Shown: in pieces, positions 11,181 through 23,176 of the stretch | Position numbering within the stretch: the first letter of the stretch is position 1 | Layout: the number at the start of each line of letters is the position of its first letter | Assembly: GCA_963704075.1 (NCBI GenBank) | Contig: CAVPGV010000020.1 | Location: forward strand, 3,264 to 67,263 | Length of the DNA: 64,000 nt | From: an uncultured Actinomycetota bacterium | GTDB taxonomy: Bacteria; Actinomycetota; Actinomycetes; S36-B12; UBA10799 | Direction of reading: 5' to 3' | Notes under the pieces: model-generated | The model's input: the letters and a program-made list of their open reading frames with translations, nothing else | Database searches by the model: none | Told to the model about the DNA's origin: nothing | Position numbers and translations under genes: made by a program

Positions 11181-12274
11181 ATGCGACGGTTCCTGGCAGC
11201 AGCGTTCTGCCTTGCGGTCTTGTCCGGCTGTGGTGGCGACGAGGACACCACCGAAACGAGTCCGCCGGGATCACCCGCCGCGACGTCGCCGACCCCTACC
11301 GCGACGATCGAACCCGCGATCACCGGAACCGTCGCGGACAGCCTGGCCGCACCGTGGAGTGTGATCCCGCTTGTCGCGCCGACACGGCGTTGATCAGCGA
11401 GCGCAACAGCGCCAACATCCTGCTGCTCAGCGACGAGAACACGTCGGTGGCCGGCAACGTCCCGGAGGTGCTGGCCCAGGGCGAGGGTGGACTGCTCGGT
11501 CTGGCGATGCGGTCACCGGACGATGACAAGGTGTTCGTGTACTACACCTCGGCCACCGACAACCGGGTGGTGGTCTTCGACTTCGACGGCACGACCCTGA
11601 GCAACGAACAACCGGTTCTGACCGGCATTCCCAAGGGACCCATCCACGACGGAGGCCGGATCGCGTTCGGACCCGACGGCTTCCTGTACGTGACCACCGG
11701 CGAAGTCGGGCAACCCGAACTGGCGCAGGACCGCGCTTCCTTGGCCGGGAAGATCCTGCGCATCAGGGCCTCCGGGAAACCCGCCCCCGACAACCCCGAC
11801 CCCGACTCCCCGGTGTGGTCCTGGGGCCATCGCAACGTGCAAGGCCTGGCATGGGACAGCGACGGGCGCCTTTGGGCCACCGAGTTCGGACAGCAGGACG
11901 TCGACGAACTGAACCTGATCGAGCCGGGCAAGAACTACGGCTGGCCGCGTTGCGAGGGTGACTGCGACATGCCCGGGATGACGAACCCGAAGGCCACCTG
12001 GTCACCCACGTCCACGGCGTCCCCGAGCGGCATGGCCATCGTCGACGGTTCGGCCTGGGTGGCCGCTCTGGCCGGCCAGACCTTGTACCAGGTGCCCCTC
12101 GACGGGACCACCGCCGGCGAACCGCAGGCATGGTTCGACGGGGAACTGGGCCGCCTGCGCGATGTTGTCGCCGGTCCCGACGGGGGCCTGTGGGTGATGA
12201 CGAACAACACCGACGGACGCGGTGAGCCGAAGACCGGCGACGACCAGATCCTGGCTGTGCAGCTCGGTAGTTGA
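11181..12274 (+). pseudogene. PQQ-dependent sugar (glucose/sorbosone) dehydrogenase lipoprotein, frameshifted near 11380
   Basis: Lipoprotein signal MRRFLAAAFCLAVLSGC and ...SLAAPWSV are in frame 0. The sequence continues in another frame with ADTALISERNS...GEGGLLGLA...HDGGRIAFGPDGFLYVTTGE...SWGHRNVQGLAWD...NYGWP. Confidence 0.75.
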
Positions 12275-12476
12275 TCTGCGGTTTCGGCGCGTCCGTCGCA
12301 TCCGGGAGCTTTCGTGGCATCCGCGCAACCGGCCTTTCGGATTTCAGGGGGGAGTCGGGATGGCGGGGTTGGTGCACCTGACTGCTTGGGAAAGGGGCCT
12401 GTCAACGACCCGCCGCAGTCGGCGGGGTTCATATCCAGCCGGCGGCACCGTGAATCGAACGAGGGGGAAGAGCTCA

Positions 12477-12537
12477 GCGACCAACCTCAGGACCTCACCT
12501 GCATCCGAGTTCATGCATGATCCGGAAGTTGGCCGCC
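12477..12537. repeat. Imperfect hairpin element, copy 1 (GCGACCAACCTCAGGAC ... TCCGGAAGTTGGCCGC)
   Basis: Inverted repeat read directly. It is related to the perfect copy about 100 bp downstream. Confidence 0.6.
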
Positions 12538-12574
12538 CCAAGAACGGCGAATCATCGTAAACAGGACACAAATC

Positions 12575-12632
12575 CGACCAACCTCCGGACATCTGCGGAA
12601 TCTCGCTTCAGGTGTGGTCCGGAGGTTGGTCG
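12575..12632. repeat. Perfect 16-bp inverted repeat CGACCAACCTCCGGAC / GTCCGGAGGTTGGTCG with a 26-nt loop (hairpin element, copy 2)
   Basis: Arms at 12575-12590 and 12617-12632 are exact reverse complements. They lie in the 550-bp gap between convergent genes. Confidence 0.8.
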
Positions 12633-12827
12633 CCTGGTACGTCCAACGCTCAAACCGACACCGGATCTGTTAGGCGATCGGGGCCGTCAACGTGGTGCCT
12701 GGGACAGGACGGTCATCGGGCGGCCAGCCCAGTCGGGGCCGACTCCCGCCTGAAACCCGAAGGACCGCGAAACCACGCGTTGGAACGCTCACCGATGACA
12801 AACACTCTCCCTGATCGGCAGCCGCAC

Positions 12828-14573
12828 CTAGCGCCCGCAGGCCCTCAGCACCTCGGCCACCGCAGTGACCAACGGCACTTCCTCACGTTGCCCACTGGCC
12901 CGGTCCTTGATCTCGACCATGCCGTCCACCAAGCGTTTGCCCACGACCACGATCGTCGGCACACCGAGCAACTCGGAGTCGTTGAACTTCACCCCCGGCG
13001 AGGCTTTGCGGTCGTCGTAGAGCACCCGCAGACCCTCGTCCTCCAACGCCAGGGCCAACTCCTCGGCGGTACTGAAGACGGCCGGGTCCTTGCCGGTGGC
13101 CACGATGTGCACATCCGCGGGCGCAACCTCGCGCGGCCAGATCAGGCCCTTGTCGTCGTGGTGCTGTTCGGCAATGGCAGCCACTGCCCGGGACACCCCG
13201 ATGCCGTATGAGCCCATCGTGACGACCCGGGACTTGCCGTTCTCGTCGAGAACCCTCAGATCCAGCGCCTCGGCGTACTTGCGCCCGAGCTGGAAGATGT
13301 GTCCGATCTCGATGCCGCGGGCGCTATGCAAGGGTCCGGAGCCATCGGGTGCCGGGTCGCCATCGCGCACCTCGGCGGCCTCGATCGTGCCGTCGTAGCT
13401 GAAGTCGCGTCCACACACCAGGTCGAATACGTGGCGGCCCGGCTCGTTCGCTCCGGTGATCCACGCCGTGCCTGACACAACCCGCGGGTCGACCAGGTAC
13501 TCGATGCCGGACGGCGACTCCTTGCCCAGGACCTGCGGCCCGATGTACCCCTTGACCAGTTCCGGGTGCTTGCTGAAATCGTCCTCTTCGAACGGCGATG
13601 GAACTGCGGGCGCCACTTGGGCTTCCAGGCGTTTCATGTCCACTTCACGATCCCCCGGCAGGCCGATGATCAACGGCCGAGAGGTGCCGTCGGGGTAGTC
13701 GAGGCGCAACACGACGTTCTTCAGGGTGTCGGCTGCGGTCCAGAGGCGATCGGGCCGTGGGTGCTCGGTGTTGGCGACGTCAACCAGTGTCTCGATGGTC
13801 GGGGTGTCGGGGGTGTCCTCCACGTGCGCAGCCGGCAATCCCTCCAGGGGAATGGGGTCCGGCGCGACGGTCACGACGGCTTCCACATTGGCCGCGTATC
13901 CGCCCTCCGAGCGCACGAACGTGTCCTCGCCGGATTCGCACGGCGCCAGGAACTCCTCACTGGCCGAGCCGCCCATCGCCCCTGACATGGCGGACACGAT
14001 CACGTACTCGAGGCCGAGTCGGTCGAAGGTCTTGATGTACGCCTCGCGGTGCCGGTCGTACGACCGCTGCAGGCCCTCATCGTCGATGTCGAAGGAGTAG
14101 GAGTCCTTCATCACGAACTCCCGACCGCGCAGGATACCCGCCCGGGGACGAGCCTCATCGCGGTACTTCGTCTGGATCTGGTAGATCACCAGGGGCAAGT
14201 CCTTGTACGAGGAGTATTCGCCCTTGACCAGTAGCGTGAACATCTCTTCGTGGGTGGGCCCGAGCAGATAGTCCGCACCTTTGCGATCCTGCAGTCGCAA
14301 GAGGGTCTCGCCGTACTCGGTCCAGCGACCGGTCACCTCATACGGCTCACGCGGCAGCATCGCCGGGAAGTGGACCTCCTGGAAGCCAGCGGCATCCATC
14401 TCCTCGCGCACGATCCGCTCGACATTGCGATAGACCAGGTACCCGAGCGGGAGCCAGGAGAAGATGCCGGGTGCAACACGGCGGACCAATCCCGCACGCA
14501 CCAGCAGCCGGTGGCTCGGGACTTCAGCGTCCGCGGGGTCTTCGCGCAGGGTTCTCAGGAACAGCGTGGACAT
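12828..14573 (-). CDS. proS: Proline--tRNA ligase
   Basis: Uninterrupted ORF. The likely start is [28 protein letters not shown] at 14573. Class II aaRS / ProRS editing-domain-type sequence runs throughout. Confidence 0.93.
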   Translation of the reverse strand: MSTLFLRTLREDPADAEVPSHRLLVRAGLVRRVAPGIFSWLPLGYLVYRNVERIVREEMDAAGFQEVHFPAMLPREPYEVTGRWTEYGETLLRLQDRKGADYLLGPTHEEMFTLLVKGEYSSYKDLPLVIYQIQTKYRDEARPRAGILRGREFVMKDSYSFDIDDEGLQRSYDRHREAYIKTFDRLGLEYVIVSAMSGAMGGSASEEFLAPCESGEDTFVRSEGGYAANVEAVVTVAPDPIPLEGLPAAHVEDTPDTPTIETLVDVANTEHPRPDRLWTAADTLKNVVLRLDYPDGTSRPLIIGLPGDREVDMKRLEAQVAPAVPSPFEEDDFSKHPELVKGYIGPQVLGKESPSGIEYLVDPRVVSGTAWITGANEPGRHVFDLVCGRDFSYDGTIEAAEVRDGDPAPDGSGPLHSARGIEIGHIFQLGRKYAEALDLRVLDENGKSRVVTMGSYGIGVSRAVAAIAEQHHDDKGLIWPREVAPADVHIVATGKDPAVFSTAEELALALEDEGLRVLYDDRKASPGVKFNDSELLGVPTIVVVGKRLVDGMVEIKDRASGQREEVPLVTAVAEVLRACGR

Positions 14574-14838
14574 TCTCAGCACGGGAGCAAGCGTAGGCCA
14601 CCGGGTGGTCGCCGCTCGCATCCCCACGCACCGGCGGGCGTCTTCGTCCCGGGTGGGCTGGCGTCACCACCGACCGATCGGAGCGAGTCTGTCGACGCCG
14701 CGTCCCCACGCGTGGATCCGCTCACCGATGCGACGTGCTCTCCCCGATTCGCCGGGGCCACGGAAATGCCAGCGCAGATCAACGGGGCCCAGACCCGGCT
14801 GAGATCGACCCGGGCCGGAACCACGTGCGTCCGCGACT

Positions 14839-15672
14839 CTAGAACAACACCGTCGCGAACGCCCCCACCTGCCGGAACCCCACCCGACGGTAGGAGGCCA
14901 GCGCGGCGTGATTGAAATCGTTGACGTACAGGCTGACGGTGGGCGCGAAGTGCTGTTGGGCCAGGTTCACCACCGCGGCCATTGCCGGCTCGGACACGTG
15001 CTGCCCGCGATGCGACGGGTCGACCCAGACACCTTGGATCTGTGCGACCCCATCGGCGACGACGCCTACTTCCGCCTTGAACAGCACCTGCCCAGCCTCG
15101 ATCACGAGCAACGACCGGCCCTGACGGATCAGTTGAGCAACCCGTCGTCGATAGGCGGCCCCGCCATCGGGTACCAACGGGCTGACTCCAAGCTCCTCAG
15201 TGAACATCGCCACCGATGCCGGGAAGAGGACGTCAATGTCATCCATGGTCGCGGGCCGCACGCGCGGATCCGACGCCACCTGGGGTGCGGAGTCGATGAC
15301 CAGCATCGGCTGGTGTGGCCGGACCAGTCGGGCCGGGCCCCACGACGCCTCCACCTCTTCGAAGAAGGCGAGCGCCGCCGCTGCCGGACCGACGATCGAC
15401 GAGCAGCGCCGCGGCGACATGCGTGCCCGCGCGCCGAAGGCCTGGGCAGCCTCGAGGTCGGCAGCGATGGGGACCACGTTCGACCCGAGGTACAGGGCGG
15501 CGCTCAACTGGCCATCAGGGAACCATCCCCAGACTTCCGCTCCCAAGGCGGACCCGATACCGGTCATCTGCGTGCGCTCGGACACCATCGCGTAGGACAC
15601 GGGGTCGGAGTGCAACAGGTGCCGCAGAGCGGGTGCGTCCCCGCCCGCCAGCAGCCGGACCGAAGCGGTCAC
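14839..15672 (-). CDS. GNAT family N-acetyltransferase (DUF4081 + GNAT architecture)
   Basis: The GTG start at 15672 overlaps the ispG stop (GTGA). The C-terminal part reads [24 protein letters not shown]...[10 protein letters not shown]. The position downstream of ispG is conserved in actinobacteria. Confidence 0.8.
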   Translation of the reverse strand: MTASVRLLAGGDAPALRHLLHSDPVSYAMVSERTQMTGIGSALGAEVWGWFPDGQLSAALYLGSNVVPIAADLEAAQAFGARARMSPRRCSSIVGPAAAALAFFEEVEASWGPARLVRPHQPMLVIDSAPQVASDPRVRPATMDDIDVLFPASVAMFTEELGVSPLVPDGGAAYRRRVAQLIRQGRSLLVIEAGQVLFKAEVGVVADGVAQIQGVWVDPSHRGQHVSEPAMAAVVNLAQQHFAPTVSLYVNDFNHAALASYRRVGFRQVGAFATVLF

Positions 15673-16823
15673 CCGACCGAAACGGTGGGATCGCCTGCAC
15701 TCTCCATCGACTCCGCGAGCCGCATGGCCTCTTCGATCAGCGTCTCCACGATCGCTGCCTCGGGCACGGTCTTGATGACCTCCCCCTTGACGAAGATCTG
15801 GCCCTTGCCGTTGCCGCTGGCCACCCCGAGATCTGCTTCGCGCGCCTCCCCGGGACCGTTGACGACACATCCCATGACAGCGACCCGCAATGGCACTTCC
15901 AGCCCCTGCAGACCGGCGGTGACCTGCTCGGCCAGCGTGTACACATCCACTTGTGCCCGGCCACAACTCGGACAGGAGACGATCTCCAGACCGCGCTCGC
16001 GCAGGTTGAGGGATTCGAGGATCTGCAGACCGACCTTCACCTCTTCGACGGGCGGCGCCGACAGGGAGACCCGGATCGTGTCTCCGATCCCCTCACTGAG
16101 CAGTGCCCCGAACGCGACGGCCGACTTGATGGTTCCTTGGAAGGCCGGGCCCGCCTCGGTGACGCCGAGATGCAGCGGGTAGTCGCACGCCGCCGACAGT
16201 TGCCGGTAGGCCTGCACCATGACCACTGGGTCGTGGTGCTTCACCGAGATCTTGATGTCGCGGAAGTCGTGTTCCTCGAACAACGAGGCCTCCCACAGGG
16301 CACTTTCGACAAGCGCTTCCGGGGTCGCCTTGCCGTACTTCTCGAGCAGGCGTTTGTCCAGGGAGCCGGCGTTGACCCCGATACGGATAGGCACCCCCGC
16401 ATCACCGGCGGCCCGTGCGATCTCACCCACACGGTCGTCGAAGGCCTTGATGTTGCCGGGGTTGACCCGCACTCCCGCGCATCCGGCGTCGATCGCGGCG
16501 AACACGTACTTGGGCTGGAAGTGGATGTCGGCGATGACCGGGATGTCCGCCTTCTTGGCGATGATCGGCAACGCCTCGGCGTCGTCCTGGCTGGGCACGG
16601 CGACGCGGACCACCTGACAGCCGGACGCGGTGAGTTCGGCGATCTGCTGCAGCGTCGCGTTGACGTCCGCCGTCAGCGTCGTGGTCATCGATTGCACGCT
16701 CACCGGCGCATCCCCACCGACCTCGACCGGGTGGTTCGGGTGTCGCAGGGTGATCTTGCGGGTCTTCCTGCGCGGCGCCAACGTAGGCGGCGGTCCAGCA
16801 GGCATTCCCAACGAAACGGTCAT
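15669..16823 (-). CDS. ispG: 4-hydroxy-3-methylbut-2-enyl diphosphate synthase (flavodoxin) IspG
   Basis: The ORF is open to 17114, but family-like sequence begins at [12 protein letters not shown]...RRKTRKI (ATG at 16823). Contains [16 protein letters not shown] and CPSCGR. Confidence 0.92.
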   Translation of the reverse strand: MTVSLGMPAGPPPTLAPRRKTRKITLRHPNHPVEVGGDAPVSVQSMTTTLTADVNATLQQIAELTASGCQVVRVAVPSQDDAEALPIIAKKADIPVIADIHFQPKYVFAAIDAGCAGVRVNPGNIKAFDDRVGEIARAAGDAGVPIRIGVNAGSLDKRLLEKYGKATPEALVESALWEASLFEEHDFRDIKISVKHHDPVVMVQAYRQLSAACDYPLHLGVTEAGPAFQGTIKSAVAFGALLSEGIGDTIRVSLSAPPVEEVKVGLQILESLNLRERGLEIVSCPSCGRAQVDVYTLAEQVTAGLQGLEVPLRVAVMGCVVNGPGEAREADLGVASGNGKGQIFVKGEVIKTVPEAAIVETLIEEAMRLAESMESAGDPTVSVG

Positions 16824-16977
16824 ATCCCAAGTATCGCGCATGGCGTCAATCACGCATTCCACTGCGGCTGCCCCACACCCCAGCCCATCCGCGCGGAGCC
16901 AACTCCGACGGGGATGGGCAGGAGTCGCTGTGCGGGCCGGCGTCGTTCGCCCGGCCGCGGCGTTCGCGCCCGGCCGC

Positions 16978-17056
16978 ACATCCGTTGGACGTCGGTACAT
17001 CCGTTGGACTTCGCTACAGGCATTGGACTCGCACGGGCCGCGCAACTCCAACGGAT
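16978..17056. repeat. Motif array: ACATCCGTTGGAC twice plus ACAGGCATTGGAC at an exact 19-nt period, and one inverted copy TCCAACGGAT
   Basis: Direct copies start at 16978, 16997 and 17016. The inverted copy is at 17047-17056. The array is in the rseP-ispG intergenic region, 155-230 nt upstream of the ispG start. Confidence 0.7.
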
Positions 17057-17152
17057 TTCTCCGCCGGCACAGCAGGGCAGGGGGCGCCGGGCTCCCGTCG
17101 GCGGTCCGATCCACGCGACTGCAACGTCGTCCAGACTCTCCGAACCACCCAC

Positions 17153-18430
17153 CTACCCCAGGCGGATCGGCTTGACGATGTCGGCCCAGAGAATGATGAC
17201 GCTCATCGCGATCAGGACGAGGGCCACGCTATAGGCCACGGGCAGCATCCGGGCCACGTCGACCGGTCCGGGGTCGGGCCGGCCGCGGACACGGGCCACC
17301 TGCCGACGTGCCCCCTCGTACAGCGCACCGGCCACATGCCCACCATCCAGCGGCAGGACGGGAAGCAGGTTGAACAGGAACAGGAACAGGTTCAACGAGG
17401 CGACGATGGCCAGGAATTGCGCGATGCGCCAACTGGGCGGGGCGTCAGCCGCGGCGACCTCACCACTGATGCGGGACACCCCGACCACACCGACCGGGCC
17501 TTCCGGATCTCGGGCCTGGTCGGTGAAGGCCGCCTCGGTCAGCCCGACCATCTTGGCGGGGAACGATAGCAACGCCTGGCCGGACCGCACCGAGATGTCC
17601 CACATCTGCCCGGGCACCGCCGAAATCGGCAGCGGTTCCAGTTCCACGACCGGGGACACGCCCAAGAATCCTCGAGGCTGTGCGGCGTCGCCGAGCATGG
17701 CGCCGTCAATGGACGTGAGGGGCACGTCGAGGGTGGTCTCACGGCCGTCGCGCACGACCGTCACCTCATGATTGCCGGGCTGGGAGTCACGGATGGCCTG
17801 ACTGAGAATGGGCCAGTCGGACACCGGCACCGCATCCCAGGCCACGATCTGGTCGCCGGGCTGCAACCCGGCGGCGGCAGCACCGGTGGGGGTACCGGAT
17901 CCCGCGACGCAGGTCCCTTCGGGGTCGGTGGCGGTCGGAACACACGCGGTGACCGTCGACACCGTGGTGCTGGGCGTCGGTGTGCCGAATCCGGCGAACA
18001 CCACTGTGAACAGGACCAATGCGATCAGGAGGTTCATGGTGGGACCGCCGAGCATCACCACGAGTTTCTTCGGCACGGAGAGGCTGTAGAACGTCCGCTT
18101 CTCGTCGCCCGGCTCCATGATCTCGGCCGCGGACTCCTCGCGGGCCTGTTCGATCAACGTCCCGAGCCGACCGGTACTGCTGGCCTTGACGGTGCCGTCC
18201 GGGCCGGGCGGAAACATGCCGATCATACGGATGTAGCCGCCGAGCAGGATGGCCTTGGCTCCGTACTCGGTGTCCCCCTTCTTCTTCGACCAGATCGTCG
18301 GGCCGAAGCCGACCATGTATTGGGTGACCTTGACCCCGAACTTCTTCGCCGGCACCATGTGGCCGATCTCGTGAAGCGCGATCGAGATGACCAGCGCCAC
18401 GACCAGCGCGAGGATCCCGATCAGCGTCAT
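17153..18430 (-). CDS. rseP: M50 family site-2 zinc metalloprotease (RseP/Rip1-like)
   Basis: 425-aa ORF with an HEIGH motif in the first TM segment, a PDZ-like middle region, and [13 protein letters not shown]. Confidence 0.92.
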   Translation of the reverse strand: MTLIGILALVVALVISIALHEIGHMVPAKKFGVKVTQYMVGFGPTIWSKKKGDTEYGAKAILLGGYIRMIGMFPPGPDGTVKASSTGRLGTLIEQAREESAAEIMEPGDEKRTFYSLSVPKKLVVMLGGPTMNLLIALVLFTVVFAGFGTPTPSTTVSTVTACVPTATDPEGTCVAGSGTPTGAAAAGLQPGDQIVAWDAVPVSDWPILSQAIRDSQPGNHEVTVVRDGRETTLDVPLTSIDGAMLGDAAQPRGFLGVSPVVELEPLPISAVPGQMWDISVRSGQALLSFPAKMVGLTEAAFTDQARDPEGPVGVVGVSRISGEVAAADAPPSWRIAQFLAIVASLNLFLFLFNLLPVLPLDGGHVAGALYEGARRQVARVRGRPDPGPVDVARMLPVAYSVALVLIAMSVIILWADIVKPIRLG

Positions 18431-19584
18431 ACTTCCTCCTCGATCAGTCCTCGAACCCGCCGGCGTGCCCAGGCGTCTGCATCCAGGACCTCTTCCAGTG
18501 TCACCCGGTTCCCCCCGTTCGCGCCAGAGGGGGGAGCTCGTGCATCACTCGATCGACCAGGTCGGTGATTCCGAGGAACCCGATCCGGGCCTCCCGAAAG
18601 GCCGAAACCGCCTGCTCGTTGGCGGCATTGAGCACCGCGGGGGCGGTGCCGCCAGCCGCTGCCGCACGGGAGGCCAGCCCGACCGCCGGGAAGGCCTCAT
18701 CATCCAGCGGGAAGAACTCCCACGTCGCGGCGCTGCGCCAGTCGCAAGCGGGCGCGGCGTCGGGCACTCTGTCCGGCCAGGCCATGCCCAAGGCGATCGG
18801 TAGGCGCATGTCGGGCGGGCTGGCCTGCGCAATGGTGCTGCCGTCGACGAACTCGACCATGGAATGCACGATCGACTGCGGGTGCACGACCACCTCGATC
18901 GCATCCAGCGGCACCCCGAAGAGCAGATGCGCCTCGATCAACTCGAGTCCCTTGTTCATCAGTGTCGCGGAGTTGATGGTGACCACCGGACCCATGTCCC
19001 AGGTCGGATGCGCGAGCGCCTGCTCCAGCGTCACCGACCGCAACTGATCGCGGCGCCGTCCGCGGAACGGTCCGCCACTGGCGGTGAGGATCAGTTTGCG
19101 CACCTCGTCGGCTCGCCCTGATCGCAGGCATTGGGCCATTGCCGAATGCTCGCTGTCCACCGGTACGATCTGGCCCGGTCGTGCCGCCGAGGTGACCAAC
19201 TCCCCGCCGATGATCAGCGACTCCTTGTTGGCAAGAGCCAGAACGTTCCCGGCCTGCAATGCGGCCAGGGTTGGTCGCAGTCCGACGGCGCCGGTGATGC
19301 CGTTGAGTACGGTGTGGACGTCGAGGCCCGCCACTTCGGTGGCCGCATCGGGGCCCGCATGGACCGTGGCACCGGTAGCCGCCAGTGCATCCGCCGCAGC
19401 AGGGTCGGCGACCGCTACATGCGCGACCGAGAACTCGTCGACCTGCTCGAGCCAGGGCGGCGACATCCGAACCGCCAGCCGCCAGTGCGACGACCCGGAA
19501 ACGGCCCGGATTGCGCCGGATCACGTCCAAGGCCTGCGTTCCGATCGACCCGGTGCTGCCCAGAATGACGATGTCGCGCGGCAT
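18427..19584 (-). pseudogene. dxr: 1-deoxy-D-xylulose-5-phosphate reductoisomerase Dxr, frameshifted near 19448 and near 18515
   Basis: The N-terminus [21 protein letters not shown]...[12 protein letters not shown] is in one frame. The body EQVDEF...[10 protein letters not shown]...PVDSEHSA is in ORF 18501..19466. The C-terminal [24 protein letters not shown], with a stop overlapping the rseP ATG, is in a third frame. The last shift lies in a C6/G6 homopolymer region (18511-18534). Confidence 0.85.
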
Positions 19585-20678
19585 CACGTTTCCGATGCTG
19601 CCAATTGTCCGCAGGCACCGTCGATCTCCCGGCCGCGTGTGTCACGAACGGTGACCGCCACGCCCTTGGCCCGCAGGTGGTCGACGAACGACTCCTCCTG
19701 CTCCGGCGAGGACGCGGTCCACTTGGTACCCGGCGTCGGGTTCAACGGGATCACGTTGACATGCACGAGGTGGCCCTGCAGCAGATCCCCGAGCAGGTCG
19801 GCGCGCCAGTCCTGGTCGTTGATGTCGCGGATCAGCGCGTACTCGATACTCACCCGTCGGCGGGTCTTGTCGGCGTACTCCCACGCGGCGTCCAGCACCT
19901 CGCCCACCGACCAGCGGGTGTTGATGGGGACCAGCGTGTTGCGCAGCTCGTCGTCCGGGGCGTGCAGCGAAACCGCCAGTGTGACCGGCAACTGCTCGTC
20001 GGCCAGACGGCGGATCTGCGGCACGAGTCCCACGGTGGAGACGGTGACCCCGCGCGCACTCAGACCGAAGCCCTCCAGCGGCTGGGCGATCATCCGGCGG
20101 ACCGCCGTGACCACCGTGCTGTAGTTGGCCAATGGCTCGCCCATGCCCATGAAGACGACATTGGACAGGCGGGCGGTGCCTCCGAGCACACCGGATTGCG
20201 CGTCGCGGGCCGCCACCCGGACCTGTTCCAGGATCTCGGCGACACTCAGGTTGCGCTGCAATCCGCCCTGGCCCGTCGCGCAGAACGGGCAGGCCATGCC
20301 ACAGCCCGCCTGTGACGACAGGCACAACGTGACCCGCTTCGGGTAGCGCATGAGGACCGATTCGACCAAGGCACCGTCGTGCAGCTTCCACAGCGTCTTG
20401 CGGGTGGCGTCGCCGTCGCAGGTCTGCACCTTCGACGCGGTCAGCAACGTCGGCAGCAACGGCGCGAGGCGCTGGCGGTCCGCGTCACCGAGGTCCGTGC
20501 ATTCGTCGACGGAGTCCACGTGTCGCACGACGACCTGCCGGCTCAACTGCGCCGCGCGGAAGGCTGCACTGCCCAGATCTGTGACGGCCTGCCTACGGGC
20601 GGGCAGGTCGAGGTCGAGCAGGTGCTGCGGAGGCTTACCGCGGCGCGGGGCCTGCATCACCAACGGCAGTGAACTCAT
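19584..20678 (-). CDS. rlmN: 23S rRNA/tRNA (adenine-C2)-methyltransferase RlmN (radical SAM)
   Basis: Intact ORF with [18 protein letters not shown] and [11 protein letters not shown] at 20678 overlaps the cdsA stop (ATGA). An alternative TTG start lies at 20690. Confidence 0.92.
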   Translation of the reverse strand: MSSLPLVMQAPRRGKPPQHLLDLDLPARRQAVTDLGSAAFRAAQLSRQVVVRHVDSVDECTDLGDADRQRLAPLLPTLLTASKVQTCDGDATRKTLWKLHDGALVESVLMRYPKRVTLCLSSQAGCGMACPFCATGQGGLQRNLSVAEILEQVRVAARDAQSGVLGGTARLSNVVFMGMGEPLANYSTVVTAVRRMIAQPLEGFGLSARGVTVSTVGLVPQIRRLADEQLPVTLAVSLHAPDDELRNTLVPINTRWSVGEVLDAAWEYADKTRRRVSIEYALIRDINDQDWRADLLGDLLQGHLVHVNVIPLNPTPGTKWTASSPEQEESFVDHLRAKGVAVTVRDTRGREIDGACGQLAASET

Positions 20679-21517
20679 CCGATGAACCAACCGAGCAGGG
20701 CCCAGGCGACGAACGCGTTGGGGATCAACGAGTCGAGTCGGTCCATCAGCCCGCCGTGGCCGGGCACGATGTTCGACATGTCCTTGACGTCGAGGTCACG
20801 CTTCACCGCGGACTCCACGAAGTCGCCGGCGGTCGCGGTGATCGGCATGATCATGCCGAAGATCGCGCCCTGCCACCACGGAGCGTCGAACCCGATGATG
20901 AAGATCGGGATCGACACGGCTACGGACAAGGCCACCGACCCGGCGAAACCTTCCCAGGATTTCTTCGGACTGACCTGCGGGGCGATCGGGTGTTTGCCGA
21001 AAAGGACGCCGGCGAAGTAGCCGCCCACATCGTTGCAGACTGTGATCGCGATGAACGCGATGATCCTGGTCACCCCGTCGTCCTCGCGGAGCATGAGCAT
21101 CACGAAGCCGACCATGAACAGAAGGTAGAACCCGACGAACAGGGACGCGGTCGCGTCCTTCACGAAACCGTCGGTACCACGCCGGATGCGCCACATGAGC
21201 GCGACCACCACGAACGTTCCGAACACCGCCATGTGCGCGGTCACGCCGAATAAATACGCGAGAGTCGGTCCCGCCAACGCGGTCAGGTAGAGCGGGCTGC
21301 GCGCCACCCGGATGTTGTTGTGCAGAAAGGCCCCGTGCAACTCCCACACGGCGATCAGCATCGCCACGGTCACGACCACGGCGAACAGGTACTTGTTGAA
21401 GATCAGGGACAGGACGAGCATCGCCCCGAGCGCCAGGCCGACGGCGATCGCCACCGGGAGATTGCGACCCGCGCGACTGGTGGACGGCGGAACGGGCGCC
21501 GCGTCGGGGCTGCTCAT
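20675..21517 (-). CDS. cdsA: Phosphatidate cytidylyltransferase
   Basis: 280-aa multi-TM ORF ending ...[25 protein letters not shown], the CdsA signature. Confidence 0.92.
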   Translation of the reverse strand: MSSPDAAPVPPSTSRAGRNLPVAIAVGLALGAMLVLSLIFNKYLFAVVVTVAMLIAVWELHGAFLHNNIRVARSPLYLTALAGPTLAYLFGVTAHMAVFGTFVVVALMWRIRRGTDGFVKDATASLFVGFYLLFMVGFVMLMLREDDGVTRIIAFIAITVCNDVGGYFAGVLFGKHPIAPQVSPKKSWEGFAGSVALSVAVSIPIFIIGFDAPWWQGAIFGMIMPITATAGDFVESAVKRDLDVKDMSNIVPGHGGLMDRLDSLIPNAFVAWALLGWFIG

Positions 21518-22074
21518 CAGACCTCGAGCAGCTCTTCCTCTTTGTGTTTGAGGATCTCATCGACGTGCGCAACCTGCTCGTGGGTGATCTCCTCGAGATG
21601 CGTCAGAGCGCGCTTGACCTCGTCCTCGCCGACGTCCCCGTCCTTCTTGAGCTTCTCCAACGATTCTTTGGCCGTACGCCGAACGCTGCGCATACTGACC
21701 CGCGCCTCCTCGGCCTTGTGCCGGGCGACCTTGATGTACTCTTTGCGGCGCTCCTCAGTCAGCTGCGGAAGTACCACCCGGATCACGTTGCCGTCGGTGC
21801 TGGGATTCACACCCAGGTCCGAATCGCGAATTGCCTTCTCCACAGCGTTGGTCGATCCCCGGTCGAACGGCGTGATCAGCATCATGCGGGCGTCAGCGGC
21901 GTGGAAGGAGGCTAGTTGGTTCAGAGGAGTCGGGGCACCGTAGTAGTCCACGTTGATCTTGGAGAACATCCCGGGGTTCACCCGGCCGGTGCGCAGAGTG
22001 GAGAAGTCCTCGCGGGCAACCGCGATCGCCTTCTCCATCTTCTCTTCTGCTTCGAGCAGGATGTCGTCGATCAC
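21517..22074 (-). CDS. frr: Ribosome recycling factor
   Basis: 185-aa ORF: MIDDILLEAEEKMEKAIAVAREDFSTLRTGRVNP...VRRTAKESLEKLKKDG. Confidence 0.95.
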   Translation of the reverse strand: MIDDILLEAEEKMEKAIAVAREDFSTLRTGRVNPGMFSKINVDYYGAPTPLNQLASFHAADARMMLITPFDRGSTNAVEKAIRDSDLGVNPSTDGNVIRVVLPQLTEERRKEYIKVARHKAEEARVSMRSVRRTAKESLEKLKKDGDVGEDEVKRALTHLEEITHEQVAHVDEILKHKEEELLEV

Positions 22075-22213
22075 CAGGAATCCTCCTTGCCTTCTACGGG
22101 CAGCCTACTGGCCTGCCGGGCCGTTTCGGTGCGTGAGGTGCGCCGATCGTGGACACCCGGGGTCGCACGCCGAACCGGGCACGCATCCGCGAGCGTGCGT
22201 CACACTGGAGGCC

Positions 22214-23125
22214 ATGGGTCACGATCACGGTGTCGTCACCGCCGGTGGAAAGCACCGCGGACGGCTGGCCATCGCCCTGGCCATCGCAGCAGCCGTGTTC
22301 CTGATGGAACTGGTCGGCGCCCTGGTGACCGGCTCACTGGCGCTGCTGGCCGATGCGGGCCACGTGTTCACGGACATGTTCGGTGTGGGCTTCGCGCTGG
22401 TCGCGGCAACTGCTGCACAACGCCCCCCGAACTACCGCAGGACCTTCGGGTGGATGCGCCTGGAGGTGATCGCGGCCGCCTTCAACGCCCTGCTGCTGAT
22501 CGGCGTGGGCGCATTCGTGGCCATCGAGGCCGTCCAGCGGCTGATCGATCCCCAGCCGGTGGAGGCCGGTCTCATGCTCGCCGTCGCGGTCGTCGGCATG
22601 GTTGCGAACTTCGTCTCGCTGCGGATCCTGACCGCCGGCAAGGACGAGTCGATCAACGTGCGCGGAGCCTACCTGGAGGTCCTGGGCGACCTGCTGGGGT
22701 CGGCTGCAGTCGTCGCGGCCGGCGCGGTCATCGTGTTGACCGGCTGGGAGCGCGCCGATCCGGTTGCGGGTCTGGTGGTGGCCGCACTGATCCTCCCGCG
22801 TTCGCTGCGTCTGTTGCGCGACGCGCTGCGGATCCTCATGGAGGCGGCACCCGAGGACCTCGACGTCGCCGACGTGCGAATACACCTGGCCGAGGTGCCT
22901 GGAGTCGTCGAGGTGCACGACGTGCATGTCTGGACGATCACGTCAGGCGTTCCGGCCCTCACTGCACATGTCGTGGTGGATCGGTCGGCCCTCGACCAGT
23001 GCGGGCCGTCATCGATGCTGGATCAACTCCAGGGGTGCGCGAAACGATGTTTCGACATCGAGCACACGACGTTCCAGTTAGAACCGACAGACCACGCCGG
23101 ACACGAACCTGGTGCGCACGCGTAG
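22214..23125 (+). CDS. Cation diffusion facilitator family transporter (CzcD/ZitB-like)
   Basis: Starts MGHDHGVVTAGGKH (His-rich). Followed by SLALLADAGHVFTD, six TM segments, and the C-terminal VHDVHVWTITSG. Confidence 0.88.
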   Translation: MGHDHGVVTAGGKHRGRLAIALAIAAAVFLMELVGALVTGSLALLADAGHVFTDMFGVGFALVAATAAQRPPNYRRTFGWMRLEVIAAAFNALLLIGVGAFVAIEAVQRLIDPQPVEAGLMLAVAVVGMVANFVSLRILTAGKDESINVRGAYLEVLGDLLGSAAVVAAGAVIVLTGWERADPVAGLVVAALILPRSLRLLRDALRILMEAAPEDLDVADVRIHLAEVPGVVEVHDVHVWTITSGVPALTAHVVVDRSALDQCGPSSMLDQLQGCAKRCFDIEHTTFQLEPTDHAGHEPGAHA

Positions 23126-23176
23126 GACAGCAGCTGGATACCGCGTTGGGGTCGGCCGGCGGCACGTGCAAGCCCC

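Noticed and set aside
12400-12480. Possible tRNA fragment (GTTCGATTC T-loop-like string on the minus strand at about 12450-12460)
   Set aside because: The flanking bases do not form a T-stem, acceptor stem or anticodon arm. I could not fold a cloverleaf by eye.
15315-17234. 639-aa plus-strand ORF (and 14908..16182, 424 aa)
   Set aside because: Both are antisense to ispG and the GNAT gene, whose products carry clear family motifs. The composition is Arg/Pro-rich and typical of shadow ORFs.
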